The position numbers were made by a program, and so were the translations under genes. Shown in pieces: positions 1 through 14,061 of a stretch of 64,000 bases of DNA. Below the pieces are notes generated by a model. It ran no database searches and was not told the origin of the DNA. It was given only the letters and a program-made list of their open reading frames with translations. Position 1 is the first letter of the stretch. Every line of letters begins with the position of its first letter. The DNA lies in NCBI RefSeq assembly GCF_009914755.1, contig NC_060947.1; one strand, 5' to 3'. Source of the stretch: the human T2T-CHM13v2.0 reference genome, Homo sapiens.

Positions 1-519
1 CACATGTAGCTCAATGACTGAGAATAAGTAGCAGAAAATGCGAATTATAGGTTTTATTTATTTCATGGGTTACTTGAGGCTGATTCCATGGTTGGTCTGT
101 GTTTATGGCTGTAGATTGGAAGGAACTGGGTCTACTTTACAGAGCTTAGTTCTTTACAGCATACGTTTAAGTACTTCATTGATGTCTCCCCAGTCTGCCA
201 GCACTGAAAGATATCCTTGGAATGGAAGTGTCTGAAAAATGAGCTGAATGGAATGCTAATTTATCATCAGCTCCTCAAGGATAAGGAAGTAAATGCTATT
301 ATTTCTATAGTGAATTTTTTTTTTTTGCTTAAGTTGTGTTGTCTTCTGGGCTTGAAAAATTTTCTGGGGGAGTAAGTTTTCAAGAAAGGATCCTTATTTT
401 GATAGATGTATATATATATTTTTTCTTTTTTTTGTCTGATAGATGTATTTCTGATGAAGAGATAGGAAGCAAAACATGAAATTTTAATATTTCTTCTCTT
501 TTATTTCAATGATTTTCAT

Positions 520-2125
520 TCTCCTCTCCAACTGCTCCTGTCAATGCCACCCAAGCTCTCTACATGGCTGTTTCCATTGCTGGTCTCAGTCTTAATCTTC
601 CTTGACCTACCAGCAGCATATTTGATTACATGTTTTTCACTTGGTTTCCAATACATGGCACTCTCTTCACTTTCCTCCATCCTTAATGGTTGCTCCTTCT
701 CAGTGTTCTTTGATAGTTTTTCCCCTTCTGTGAGAAGTCTCAACATTGGAATGGGCTGGTCCTTGGGCATCTTCTCTTATGTGTCTTTACTCACTCCATT
801 GGTGATTTCATTCAGTCTGAAAGGTTTAAATACCATGTTGTCTCCTAATTTCTTTCCTAAATGCTAGGCTCTATTATCAACCATATATTAGATATCTCCA
901 CTTAAATAAATAGAGACATCCCAATTTTAACAGGCTCAAACACGAATCTGCTCTTTTCCACAGATTCTTCATCTAATCCGCCAGGAAATCCTAGAAAGCT
1001 TGCTTTACCCTTGGAATGTCTCTAAAATCTGATCATTTCTCTCTAACTCCATTGCTACTTCCCTGGACCAAGCCACCATCATCACTCCCCCCGGGATTAT
1101 AATAGTCTCTTACCTAGACTCTTGCTTCCATATTGCCCTCTACACTGTATTCTCCACACAGCTGTGGTGATTTTTCAGAAGTGTGACAGATCATGTCATA
1201 CTTCTGGTCAAAACCCTCCTGTGATTTTTCATCTCATGTTGAGTAAAAGCCAAAGACCTTGTTTCGTACTAATTCTTTTGAACTCACTCCACCCCAGCCT
1301 CACTGGCCTTCTTCCTATTCTTTCACCACTTCAGGCATACTTGGCATTTGCATTGGCTGTGCCTGTCTGGGATACTTTTCCTTCAGATAGATGTGCGGCT
1401 CACTCCATTCCCTCCTTTGTTTCAAGCATTGCTCAAATGTCACTGTTATGGGTTGAGTTCTATGGAAATCAGACTCTGAGATGATGTTTGGCATGCAAGA
1501 TATTATTAAGAAAGCTCTTGGAATCAACATGTATGGAAGGGAAGAGAAGGAAGCAGGAGTGGGCAGAAGGAGAAGTCAAGCTGTGACCAAGGCTTAATAA
1601 CAGCCTTGCCCAATCCTACACGGAGCTCTAGAGCTAAAATTGCCTGTCAGAGTTGTCCCCCATTGGGCTGAAAAGTGCCACCCCTTTATGTAACCTTCTA
1701 TCGGGACTGACCCTAGGTGAGGTGGCTTTCTGCTGCTGTGGCAAGCCCTGAAGGGTAGTCAGCATTTCCAGAAGCTGGGCCACAACTCCTCCTTAAAAGA
1801 GAATCTGGACATAATGTGTCCATCATTGTCAACTTCTCAATAAGTCTTATCTTGACCACTCTATGTCTGCTTGCAAGCTGCATCCTACTTCCTGCACCTC
1901 TAGATCTCTCTTACCTCATTCTGTTTTTCGATAGTACTAAACATGATTTAACAAACCATGTCATTTATTTACTCTCTTTTGTGTTTATAGTCCATCTCTC
2001 TTGATGATAATGTAGGGTCCATGAGGGCAGATATTTCTATCATTTGTTCATGAGCATATAACGACTGCCTAGAACTGTGCCTGGCACTAGTGGACAGTTA
2101 ATTGATATTTGCAAATGAATGATGT
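520..2125 (+). mobile_element. L2 (L2a-like) LINE, RT region to 3' end, interrupted by an LTR16-like element
   Basis: ORF 544-867 reads VLIFLDLPAAY, matching L2 RT VLILLDLSAAFD. It ends with the typical L2 tail gtgcctggcac...atatttgcaaatgaatga near 2120. Confidence 0.85.
1444..1820 (-). mobile_element. ERVL LTR, LTR16-like
   Basis: gggttgagttc...cagactctgagatg...ttggaatcaaca...gaaggaagcaggagtgggcagaaggagaagtcaagctg resembles reverse LTR16. L2 resumes after it. Confidence 0.7.
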
Positions 2126-2899
2126 TTGGTGAATTCTAGCTAATAATCAATGCAGTATGAAACATGGTCAGAAGTCAGTGCTGAAAATAGATGAACTTTG
2201 TCTTTAGTTTCTGATGTTCACTGCTATCCCAAAGAAGAGAGATACCAAGAGGTGTTGATTATTTCTAATAATTATTTCTATTTTCTACAGCTATTCACAA
2301 GCCTCTGGTATTTGGTGACCTGTTTCTGACCTATACTTGATTAACTCAGCTTTGGGACCCCAAGGGAAAGATGAGTAATGACATGTAGAAGTCTGCTGAC
2401 CCATACCGAGTGTGTGTCTAATATGTATGAAGACTGGCATTTTGTTTATATGAAGTTATTATGTACAACATATATATTTTTTCATAGTATGCTAATGCTA
2501 ACAGGAATGGCATATTAAGATCAATAGATATCTTAACGATTGGCCCATTAACCCCTGATGGTCAACATAATTTGGTAATGTAGACAGCAGTTCAACAATA
2601 GCAGGGATTGTGATAGGAAGGAAAGAGAGCGTTTAGCAGAGCAAAGATATAAATTCCTTTTGTTACCACTGACTGCACTTGCAGGTCATGTCAGGTCAGG
2701 TTTTATTGCTCTTGGCTAAAGGCCAGTGCAAGATTTACAGAGCAAGAAAGAGGCTCCAGGGGAGACCAGTGTGAATTATAGGGTCAGCTGGAGAGAGGCA
2801 TGAAAGTGGTTAGCATGTCAGAGGTAATTTTTATAAAGGGAATCATCAGACCACTGCATCACTGTCAGTTTTATTATGAAGTTTTTTATTTTATTATGA

Positions 2900-3780
2900 A
2901 GTTTTTTAAACATTTAGAAATATGTGTTCAAATATTGCTGATGGGTTCATTGAAGAAAATCTAGAGATATAGAAAATCATAGAGGAAAATAAAAATCACC
3001 CATTGAAAACTCCTGTTAATATTCTACTATATTTCCTTCTAGATTTTTTTCTACGTACCCATTCACTTGGACTTTAATACTTATACAAATATGTCTTTTC
3101 GTTTTCCCTAAAGCTGCAATCAAACTGTGGATACTACTGCATGTCCTGCCTTATTTACTTTTAACATTGTCTCTTTAGCATATTCCCATATTATTAAATG
3201 TCTGTGAACATGATTTCTAATTCAAATAGCATGAAAAGGGGTAGCATGTGCGCACCTGTGTATTCCTTTTTACGAGTCCTCTATTTATACATTTATGCTG
3301 TTCTCAAATATTTGGTATTAAATAATATTGCTATGATCATTCTTGTATGTACACCATTTTGTACATCTTTGAATATTTTTTAAGGATGATTCTCTAGAAG
3401 TGGAATTACTGGGTTAAAGAATGTAGGTACTTAAAAGGCTGTTTATGCCCATTGTCATACGACCCCCTGAATGGCTGCTTCCATTTGTACTTCCACTAAA
3501 AAGTGTATCAAATTGTTTCAATACCATAGATAACACTGGAAATTCTCAGTATTTGTATCTTTGCCTGTCTGGGTTAAAAAATGACATTTTTATTCTAATT
3601 TAAATTTCCACTTACAGAGTGGATTTTTTTTTCACATTTTGATGGGTCGTTTGAATTTATTCTTCTGTACAATGTCTGTTTTTGTCCTTTCGCCATTTTC
3701 TTTGGAGGAATATATATTTTTCTTATAGATTCTTGTAAGTTTTTCCTAACTTAAGTATATATGTATTTATTATAAAATAT
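2900..3780 (-). mobile_element. Ancient L1 (L1ME-type) 3' fragment
   Basis: Degenerate antisense L1 motifs such as tctagaagtggaattactgggttaaag and ccatttgtacttccact. Confidence 0.7.
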
Positions 3781-3814
3781 TCAGAAACTACAGGACAAAC
3801 ACAAAGAAAAATAC

Positions 3815-4403
3815 TGTAGGGGATAAGGGAAAACTTCTTCATTCTCTGAAGGCTTACTGAAAATCAACTGACAAAAGGTAATTTAATAGGAGAAAAGGCA
3901 CACAAATTTATTAATGTGAACACGGGAGAATCACAGAGTGATTACTCCACCACACAATGGGGTACAGATGCTTATATATCCTTCTTAGAGGAAAGGGAGA
4001 TGGGAAAGTGTGGATGATTTTAGCGGGATAGTAAATGATTTTTAGGGGAATTCAATGGGCTTGAAAAACATACAGTGGCCCACGACAAAGTTTGTTTGGC
4101 CTGCAGAGCAGATAATGATTTGTGACAAAAGTCTCTCCAGGTGCATTGACAGACATCAGTCTTTCTTCCTGTGATATGAGCTTAGTTAATGAAAACTCCA
4201 GGAAGGGAGCAGAGGTAATTGTTTTTCCTTTGATGAGTTTGTTCTTTAAGCAGATAAGGAAACTTCAGAGAACAATTTCATCCTATGTTTTGGGAAAGAC
4301 AAAGGATTGAAAGACAGGAGGGGAAGGAACATCAGAGAGCCCTTGAGGTTTCTTTAGCTCAGCATATCAAAACACCATACTTTGGAGGCTCAGAAACTGA
4401 GCC
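3815..4403 (-). mobile_element. ERV1 solo LTR, MER39/MER34 family
   Basis: Starts tgtaggggataagggaaaactt...ctgaaaatcaactgacaaaagg...aggagaaaaggcacacaaatttattaa and ends ...cagcatatcaaaacaccatactttgg...ctgagcc. Confidence 0.8.
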
Positions 4404-4814
4404 ATCCCCAATCCCATGACCAGAGATAAAAAAGTCAATATTTTGATTTGTTTTCCTTTTAGATGTATATGCACTTTTTAATATTATATATATAAATAAT
4501 TTTACAACTTTAGAATATAATATACATTTTGTTTTTATCTTTCTTTGTTTTCATACTTCCATCAAAATTTGCTATTGATTACTCATGGATACAGGAATAA
4601 TATACTTTTAAAATTAAAAACATTATAGATAAGATCAAAATCCCCTTTGACCACTCCCTCTCCGAATCCTGGCCCCTGTCCTCTGCCTTCCCTCCCCAGG
4701 AGCCACCAAAGTCACCACTATTGTCAATTTGACTGGCATCCTTTCAAACAGATGGCGTACATTTATGTCACAATTGGAATTTTGTGTGTAAGTCTATATG
4801 TGTGTATCCTTTTA

Positions 4815-5930
4815 CAATTTTTATTGTTATATAAGCTCAAAGAAAAGTTGTGGAATGTAAATGTTCAACATGATGAATTATTATGAAGTGAGAACCTACA
4901 TTACCACACCCAGGTCAAAGAATAGAATATTTCCAGCACTCCAACCTCCTTGGGGTCCCTCACCAATCACACCATTCTTCTAATTCTTCCTGAATGTTAT
5001 GATACTCACTGTCTGGCCTTTTTTAAAAAGTAATTTTATTATTTAGGTTTACATCCCTAAACATTATAGGTTTTTTTTTTCTGTTTTTAAACCTTATGCG
5101 GGTAGAATTATGCTGTGCATAATATATATTTTTTTGCGCCATGATTCTTTCACTTTCTTCTTTGTGAGATTAATCTATATTTTTGCCTGTAGGCATTCTT
5201 TGCTCATTTTCCTCACAGTGTAGTATTCCATTACATGAATACAGCACCATTTGTTTATCCCTTCTACCATTGATGGGTATTTGGATTGTTTCCAGCTTTG
5301 GACAATTACAAATGATGCTGGTATAAACTTTTTCTTTATTTTTATTTTTTTTACATGTGGCTTGGTACATATGTGAATAAGTTTCTGTAGGTTATAAATA
5401 TAGGAGTAGAATTCCCGGATCATTGGGTATGCATATCTCCAGCTCTATTAGAAAATGCTGAAGTGTTTTTCAAAAGGTTTGTGCCAATCTACTCTCCCAT
5501 CACTAACGTGTGAGAGGTTCCGTTGTTCCACATCCTCTCCAACATTTGGCGTTGTCATATTTTTTGAGTTTTGCCAATATGGTGGGTGTGTAGCAGTAGT
5601 TTTTGTAATTTTAATTTACATTTTTCTGATTACTAATGAGGCTGAGTGTTTTTTAATATGTGTATTGGCCATTTGGATTTACTACTTTATAGAGGTACTT
5701 GTTTACATCATTTTTTTCTATTAGATTGCCCATCTTTTTCCTACTGATTTGTAGGAGTTCTTTACATATTTTGAATACAGTCCTTTATCAGTTTATATGA
5801 GTTGCAAGTATATATACCTTAAAATTTTCACTCTGTGGTGTCTTTTGAGAAACATAACTTTTTAATTTTAATATAATCAAATTTATGAATGTTTTTCTTT
5901 ATGATTAGTGTTTTTTATTACTTGGTCATG
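4815..5930 (-). mobile_element. L1ME-type 3' end and ORF2 C-terminus
   Basis: Antisense L1 motifs ttggattgtttccagc and gagaggttccgttgttccacatcctctccaaca. ORFs at 5170-5423 resemble degenerate ORF2 C-terminus frames. Confidence 0.8.
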
Positions 5931-5934
5931 TGCT

Positions 5935-6390
5935 TTTACTTATACATCATATCATATTTCTATCATTTTGCAATTTGATTTTTTAACTCATCAATATGTT
6001 ATCCATTCTTGTTAATACATATAAAATTATGTATCATTCTGAACTAGTGTATAGTGTTCTAAATTGTGACTATTCCACAGTTAATTTAATCATTTCTTCA
6101 TTGAAGGTCATTTAGATTGTTTTTAGTTTTATTTACTTTTTGCTGTTCTTAAAAAATGTAATACTTAACATATTTTTATATAAATCCTTTTTTGTCACCC
6201 TCACTGCTTCCTTGGATGAATTCTTGGCTGTTGAATTATTTGATTGAATATATGAACTTTAAAAAATTTGTTGTTTGCTAAATTAACCTTCAGAAAATTT
6301 CTAATAGTTTATATGACCATTAGCATTATATATGTCCATTAGTCTAGGCAGTTGCCAACACTGAATTGTATTTAAAAAATCTTTGTCAAT
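5935..6390 (-). mobile_element. Ancient L1 fragment, apparently continuing at ~15360-15680
   Basis: ggtcatttagattgttttta...ccaacactgaa; the next expected antisense L1 segment (tttgcatttctttgatt...ttttcatatgtttattggc) appears at ~15390. Confidence 0.6.
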
Positions 6391-6971
6391 AATATGACCA
6401 TAAAACTTTTAGAGAAAAACATTGGCAAATATGTTTATTACCTTGTATTGTTTAAACAAGGCTAATAAAGGGCTGACCATAAAATAAATATTTTAAAAGT
6501 GCTGTATATTAAAATTAAAGACTTCTGTTCATTAGCAAAAGGGAAAAGGCAATCCAAAGAGTAGGAGACGATACTTATAATACACATATCTGACAATAGA
6601 CCCATATCCAGAATATATAAAGAACTCTGACTAATCAGTAAGAAAAAGGCATACAACCTAAGAGGAAAATGGACAAAAGACTTGGATGGATGCTGTATAA
6701 ATAAGTATACCCATGGCCAATAAACATAAGAAAAAGTGCTTATTTTCATTATCTTCAAGGAAATGCAAATAAAATCCAAACTGAAACAGCACTACAAACC
6801 CACTAGAATGGCTATTTAGAGCACTTGAAACTCTCATACATTTTTGTTGGTGGTGTAAGTTGAAACAAATATTTTGGTCAACTATTTGACAGTGTCTACA
6901 ACCCTGAAAAAGTACACACCTATGACCGAGCAATATTATTTCTAGGTGTATGCTGGAGCACCAAAAGACAT

Positions 6972-7399
6972 TGTGAAAAGAAAATAAAAAGTCAGGGCCC
7001 CAAATCACTATGCCAAAAGGAAAAAGTTAAGCTGAGAACTGAGTCATGCAAGAAACTGCCTTTCCTTTTGTTTCTAAGCAGATAGCTGCAGGTAAAAGTC
7101 TATCTATCTCCAGAGGTTGGTTCACTTTATCCTAGGTAAAGTGTGGATTTACTGAGTGCCAGATGAATACATAATTGACTATTCCCCTATCCGCTTCTTT
7201 TCTCTTCCAACATGTGAATTCAGTAATATGACCATACTGTCGCTCTTTCCCCTCCAGTCTGCTCTTCCCCTTTAAATATTGAAGCCCTCAAAATCACCTT
7301 TGGAGAAATGGACAGATCTCCCTCCCAAGCATGTTCTTAAACTTGGCAAACTAAAATTCTAAATTGATTAAGACCTGTCTCAGATATTTTTGGTTTACA
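6972..7399 (+). mobile_element. 5' LTR of MER4-family provirus
   Basis: TG...CA termini (tgtgaaaagaaaataaaa ... tggtttaca). Contains TGAGTCA at 7040-7046 and a TATA-like tttaaata at ~7271. Confidence 0.9.
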
Positions 7400-7478
7400 A
7401 ATTGGTGACCAACAGAAGGGATTCTGAGTGGAGGTGGCCATGATCTCTGATGAATCTTTTATCAGTGCTTGATACCAG

Positions 7479-8114
7479 TGAAGTGGTGTCATTGTCTGGG
7501 GTAAATACCCAAGGTTTGTTGTCTCACACCAAGGGAATTGAGGACATGGACACACACAGTAAGTGAGTTTGGGAGCAGTGGTTTAATAGGCAAAAGAAAG
7601 AGAAAGGAGAACAGCTCTCCTGCGAGAGAGAGGGGCACCCAAATGGGACTTCTGGCCCATGGTGGAGTGCACAGGGTTTTATAGACAGGCTTGAGGAAGT
7701 GGTGTCTGATTTATGTAGGGCCCAAAGATTGGTTGGACCATGTGTGACATTTACATAGCCTGCAGGGAAGCTGGCTGCCCCACCCTAATCTGATTATGCA
7801 AAAGGAGTCTTTGCTTGGCTGATACCATGTTGTCTGCTCCTGACTGCGCATGTGATTGAAAAGGAAAAGGGAAGATGGAACCACCATTTTGAACATGCCT
7901 AGTCCCAGGTAGCCTTTTTCTATTGGCACAGCTGCTGGCATTCACCAGTACAAGCTTCCAGCTTGCTTGTCTATGTCTGCAGCTTGATTTTACAGGCTGG
8001 ACTTTGTTAGAAAAGTATGATTTGGGGGCTTCTTTTCATTAAAAGGAAAGCATTACTGAGGACTTCCTTACCCTCACTATCTGCCTAAATAATTTCTTCT
8101 TAGCTCCTATATCA
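7479..8114 (-). mobile_element. Nested ERV1 solo LTR (LTR9/MER50-like)
   Basis: Reverse strand starts TGATATAGGAGCTAAGAAGAAATTATTTAGGCAGATAGTGAGGG and ends GGGTATTTACCCCAGACAATGACACCACTTCA. TSD CCAG at 7475-7478 and 8115-8118. Confidence 0.88.
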
Positions 8115-9041
8115 CCAGCTTGAGCTATCTCTGTTGTTCAAACCAACAAGACAATTTGCTGAGGCCTGGGAGTGCCCCTCTCCAGAGAATCCTTGATGTC
8201 CCAAAATTTGGTTGAGATCTAAGGCTTATTTTGCTGTGTAACTCCCTTTCTGGAGTTTTATTCACTTCCAACAAGGAAGGTGAGTTTTCCTGCTTCCCTG
8301 ACGATTGAGAGCTGCTCCATCTGGAGCTTCAGCTCACTTTCAGCTTGCTTCCAACATGGAAGGCAAGTCTGAGTTTTTCCAGCTTCTGAGATAATAGAGA
8401 GCAGTTTTCTGCCTGGGCCCCATTCCTAGGTAAGTAGTTGAATTGGAGTTTTGTCTGGGAAATTCTCTTTAATGACTAAAAGTTAAGATAAACAACCAGC
8501 TGATCTTAATTCCTCCTTACCATTAGGACGCTAAGTAATCATATACATTGTGTGATCATTTGTTTGTTTTGCTTAACTTTTTTCTTTAGTTTTATTTTCT
8601 TCTGTTTTTGTTGTTTTGTGGTTTCAGTCTTTTTCCCAACTCTACCTGACTTGGTCAAATTCGAAGGAAAGTTCCAAATTATGGGGAAGAAGGCCTCTGA
8701 ATTGGCTAAATTTCCTGCAGCTAAAAAGTAAAAGGGGGGAAAACCTGGCAAGCAAAAGAAAAAAAAGATCCTGATTACCTGAGGGGCTTTATTTACACAA
8801 CAAGACCCCCATTTGCTAGCCAAGCACAAACTGAAAGAGCAATGGCAGCCTCCCTATGCTATTGTTCATTAGCTAAGATTCTGCCATTTTTTTCACCATG
8901 ACAGCATGGATTTTGATCCTAAATCAAGTCCTTTCTGATTTGATATTTGTGTTACTTTTGAAATATCAGCAGGTTGTCCCAGCTAAAATATGGTAATAAG
9001 AGATTTAAAAGGATTTTTTGTAAAGAGCTCAATGGTATGTG

Positions 9042-9076
<35 letters not shown>

Positions 9077-9090
9077 GGAGAGAGAGAGAG
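9042..9090. repeat. Compound (TA)n(GA)n microsatellite
   Basis: Directly visible. Confidence 0.95.
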
Positions 9091-10286
9091 TCTTTATGCT
9101 TTTTTTTTTCTTTCCTAGGATCTTGTGTTTTGATAAAAAGTTTCTTTTTCTACTCAGTTGACCGAATTCTGTTTTCTCAATGTACTTCTGCCTGTCTTTC
9201 CTTCCTCTTACCACCCTCTCCTGCATGAGGGAATCTAAGACAATTTCTAACAGCCTGGGATTGCTTAAAGAAAACAGAGAAGGTGCCAAACTCCTTTTTG
9301 GGAGAAACCTCTGTTTTTCATTATGGACCCCCAAGAGTGTAAACAGACAAGGTCCTCTCATATCTGAAACTGCTTGCTTTTTGTATTGTATTACTTGATT
9401 TTTTTTTTACTAAAATAGTTACTACAGGGGCCATTCTGTGTTTAAGATAAGAATGGGCACAGTTTAAAGGGAGAGAAATGTTTTTGTAACAAAGTGCACT
9501 GTAAAAGCATTACATGGCCTGGTCCCATGATATCTCTTTTTGGATTTACTGGTCAAGCAGTTTTATATTTATCTCTGCTGGAGATTATAAGGTGTCAAAA
9601 TTTGGCATGAGGGTTATAAAGCTATAAATGCAGTCCAAAAGAGAATTATTTTTGTTTGTGTAATTTTTCATAAATAAGGCACTTAATATTGTTGGTTTAA
9701 TAAAAACAGCTAAATCCTGAATTATCAGCCAACAAAAAGAACCATTTATTTAACCTTATATTCTTACTTAGTTGAACACTTGGAATTCACAGGCTATAAA
9801 AATGGTTAACAGGAAAGTAACTTTAAATGATGACTATCAGTTTTCATAAGTAATCTAGGTAAACTCTTAAAAAATAATTAAGTAAATGTAATGAAATAAA
9901 TGCTTATATATAAATTCATCATATAATTTAGAATCTAAGGCTATATTAAATTAAAAATAGATATTCATTAAATGTCTGGATCACTTCCATTTTTTTTAAT
10001 TATATTACAGGAAAACATTTTTCTAAAAAATGTGTTCTTATTAAAAGGAAATAATTTTTGTCTAATTCAAAGGTTATTTATGAAACAAGATAAAAAGCAC
10101 CAGTAAATAAGAGAGATGTAAAGGAAGTTATAGAAATAAAGATGTATTTTTGGTAAGAAAGGTTTAAAAGAAAGTAATTTTATATGCGATAGAATCTTAT
10201 ATGGTAAGTTTTCCATCCTAAGATAAAATGACTGGTTATTTAAGAAACAAGGATGTTTAAGATAAAGCAGGAAATCCAAGCATATC

Positions 10287-10479
10287 ATAAATGTTTTGCA
10301 TAAATCATAATAAGCTTTGTAAAAAGAAAACTTATGAATAAAACTTTATGTGATCCAGTTGGCTATAATTAAAAGGAAATTATATAAATGTTTTGTGTAA
10401 ATCATAATAAGCTTTGTAAAAAGAGAATTTATAAAAAAACTTTATGTGATAAAGTTGGCTATAATTAAAAGGAAATTAT
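10287..10479. repeat. ~97-bp tandem duplication inside the ERV internal region
   Basis: ataaatgttttg..taaatcataataagctttgtaaaaaga...gttggctataattaaaaggaaatta starts at both 10287 and 10384. Confidence 0.9.
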
Positions 10480-12387
10480 TTATAATAGTCTTCCCAGACA
10501 TTGGTCTTTGATATTAAAAATACACTAATACACTAAAGAATTGGTTAGAACGACAAAATGTTCTTATGGTATTGATTTACTCTTAATAAAATTGCAAGAG
10601 ATTTTGATTTTTCTTAACCTAGAAGTTTATCTTTTATTGCATCTTACTGTTTTCAGCTTTCTCTCCCCTTTGAGAAAGCCTGAGATAATAACTCACTCCA
10701 ACTTTTTCATCAGCTCCTCTAAGGTTTTTTTTCCTCAGATTCTAACTGCTGTCGTGGCCTGATGCTAAAAATGTTTTATCTTAAAGGTCTAAAGGAAATG
10801 TTTTTCTTCCAATATGACATTCTGTTCTCTTGGCTTTCCTTAATATGTCTAGATTGTTTTATGAAATGGAAAACCTTCTCTTATGATCCAGGATACACCC
10901 TTCCTATGTCTAATTAATTCAAATACCCTTTTCATTAATTTTGACTTGCAGTTTATCTAAGTGGACTCCCCACAGGGAACAACAATCACACTGCAGAAGG
11001 TCTTTTTTTGTTGCCTTTTGGTAACTGGCCTAACAAACAGATTTTATGTTTTATCAAAATAATTCCTATGTCATTGTTATTAAGTTTTGATTTACTTAGG
11101 AAAACAGATTAAATTTTTTTTAAGACTAAGATTATTACATTTGTGTAACTTTCTGTATTGCCTTTAATGTTTTTGCACCGTTAAGTTATAGGGCTTTGAC
11201 TCCTGGGTCTAAAAAGGACACCAAGTCCTGCTAAATCTTCAACACTAACAGCAGTTAAAACCTCATTTTCAGACACAGGAGAGGATAACAAGCAAAAGAA
11301 ACTGTGTTCATGAAACAGAGGGCCAGAAATTAAATCATTCAACCCCTCTCGGCCCAGGGACTATTGCAGAACAGATGGGTACATGAGATTGTGAGGGCTG
11401 ACTTTGAGACAGAAAATTAGTTCAGAGTTTCTATAAATTAGACGTCAATATCAAAGGCACACTGATGCGAGACCAGCATGTGGGCCCCTGTGTCAGAATA
11501 ACAAGATTTTCATGGAGCATTAAGCCATTCTTTAATAAAAAAGTTTAAAAAAGTTTTATGAAATTATATCTTATGGTCAAGATGATTAAAATTTAATAGA
11601 TTCATTTATAAAATTTGAGAGACAAATTTAATTGGCTTCATGCTGTCTTTATTAGAGTTTATTATTTGAGAAATTAAGTCTCCCCCCTCAAAGAATAAAG
11701 GTTTTGCTTTTAAAAAATATTTGAGTTATCACTTTGGCTAAATGAATGACTTATTTTATAATGATCTATGATTCTATTTTGTGATATCAAATATTTGAAA
11801 CTTTTGATATTTGACAAACTTTCCAAAATCAAATTCCCAGTCCTTTTGACCTCATTAATTGTGTTTTGGTATTAGGTCCTCTGAAGTCCAAAAGAGACAT
11901 ATTTAACTTATTTGGTATAATAAAATCAGACAGTAAACATTGTCAAATGTGAAATGATATTTAACCTTCTTTGGATTTTATTTATATAAATGTGTTATTA
12001 GTATGTATTCCAAAATTATACGAGAGTTCTATGATTCTGATATGTCTTAGTATATGTTATTAGTAGTTATTGTGATTATTATGTAGAATTGTTGTACGCC
12101 ACAGAAATAACAAAATTTCCTTGTCAATCATGTCTTTAACCATGGCTCTTTTAAGAACTTTGTCATCCACAATTGTTGCTTTACTTTGATCTTTTTATAT
12201 GGTGATATATAATCAGCTATAGAACTCTGAGGAGTACTCTTAAATATAGGTTTCTGATAACTTTAGAAATTGTGCCATTGGAAGAGAGATAATAACTTCC
12301 AGGACTCTCATGAAGAGGTGATGTATTAATGAGGATTGTTGATCCAATATCAAACAGAACAGGAGTTAGTTGCAAGGACAAAACTGA

Positions 12388-12815
<428 letters not shown>

Positions 12816-14061
12816 TGAGTAAAGTGTACTCTAGAGAGAAAAATTTAAGACATAATTCCTTTCTCTCTACCTAATTTCTCCAAAATTTGGAAGCTATTTG
12901 TGAGTATTCTTAATGTGTGGCAATATGGTTATTTGCATAAGTTCAATAAGAACCTGTTTCCTTTTATAACAGGGCATAATTGGAGACACTAGTTATTTTA
13001 CTAAGGCTTTGACTGGAATAACATTTTCAGATTTCCTTGAAAAAAATGAGTGTGACCTATAGAGCCGATAAAAGCCCCTTGGAAAAACTGGCCTCATACT
13101 TTGTCCTTTACAGGGTCCTGACCTGTGGTAAGTATAGAATGCCACTTTCTGACAGGCCCAGGGACCCCAAGTTTTCTTGGGACCTTGAAAGAGGGGAATT
13201 CACCCAATTCATAAAGGTATCTGCAGACACAGATAAATTCTTGGCTAGGTTTGAGGCTTTTAAAAGGTCTAATCTTAGATTCCTTATGGAAAAGATTCTA
13301 GCAAAGCCAATTTTTTTAAAGAGAGCCTATAATAGCAAATGATTATTCTCACTTATTATTTGATTATGCAAATAATCAAGCCGAGAATAATAGGACTAAA
13401 ACTTGTTTTACAAATAAATTGGTCCTACTATTTTGTCTTGAATACAATTGAGGAACTGGAGAGAGAAAAATTATGTTTCAAAATAAACTATCGTACATCT
13501 GTTATTAGATTCTAGACTTGCCTAATGTTTTTCAATTTGTGTTATTTTCTACAATTTGGGCTGAATTCTAAAATTTTTCTTGGCTACAAGTCTCCAAAAT
13601 AATGTTTTCAAATTTTTTCCTTCTTTTCCTTTTTTAATTCATTTTTCCTAATTTGAAATCACTAAAAATTAAGCTGTGCTTTTCTTAAAGCCCTGCAAAC
13701 TGAAGCTAGACAACTGAAACTTTGGAAGAAATAACAGCAACCTATTTATATATAGAAACCACTTTCATACCTGCCTACCCATGTATGGACTTCAGAGTAA
13801 TATGGCCTGTGTGGTTTTCCAGGAATGTTTTCACATTTTTTTTGTGTGTTGTTTTCATTCTCTCTTCCTCCCCTTATTTTTTCTTTGTGGGATGTGAGAC
13901 TTCACAACCTGTTAAAAATGATTACTCCTAACAATGTGGGCTATATCTGTCTAGGATAAACCATCCTAGCCAAGTGAGATCAAACAAAACTCAAGACCGG
14001 AGACTAATTTCCTTCTAAAATGTTTTCTCCAAAGATGTTTTAAAAGATAAGGGGAGAGAAA

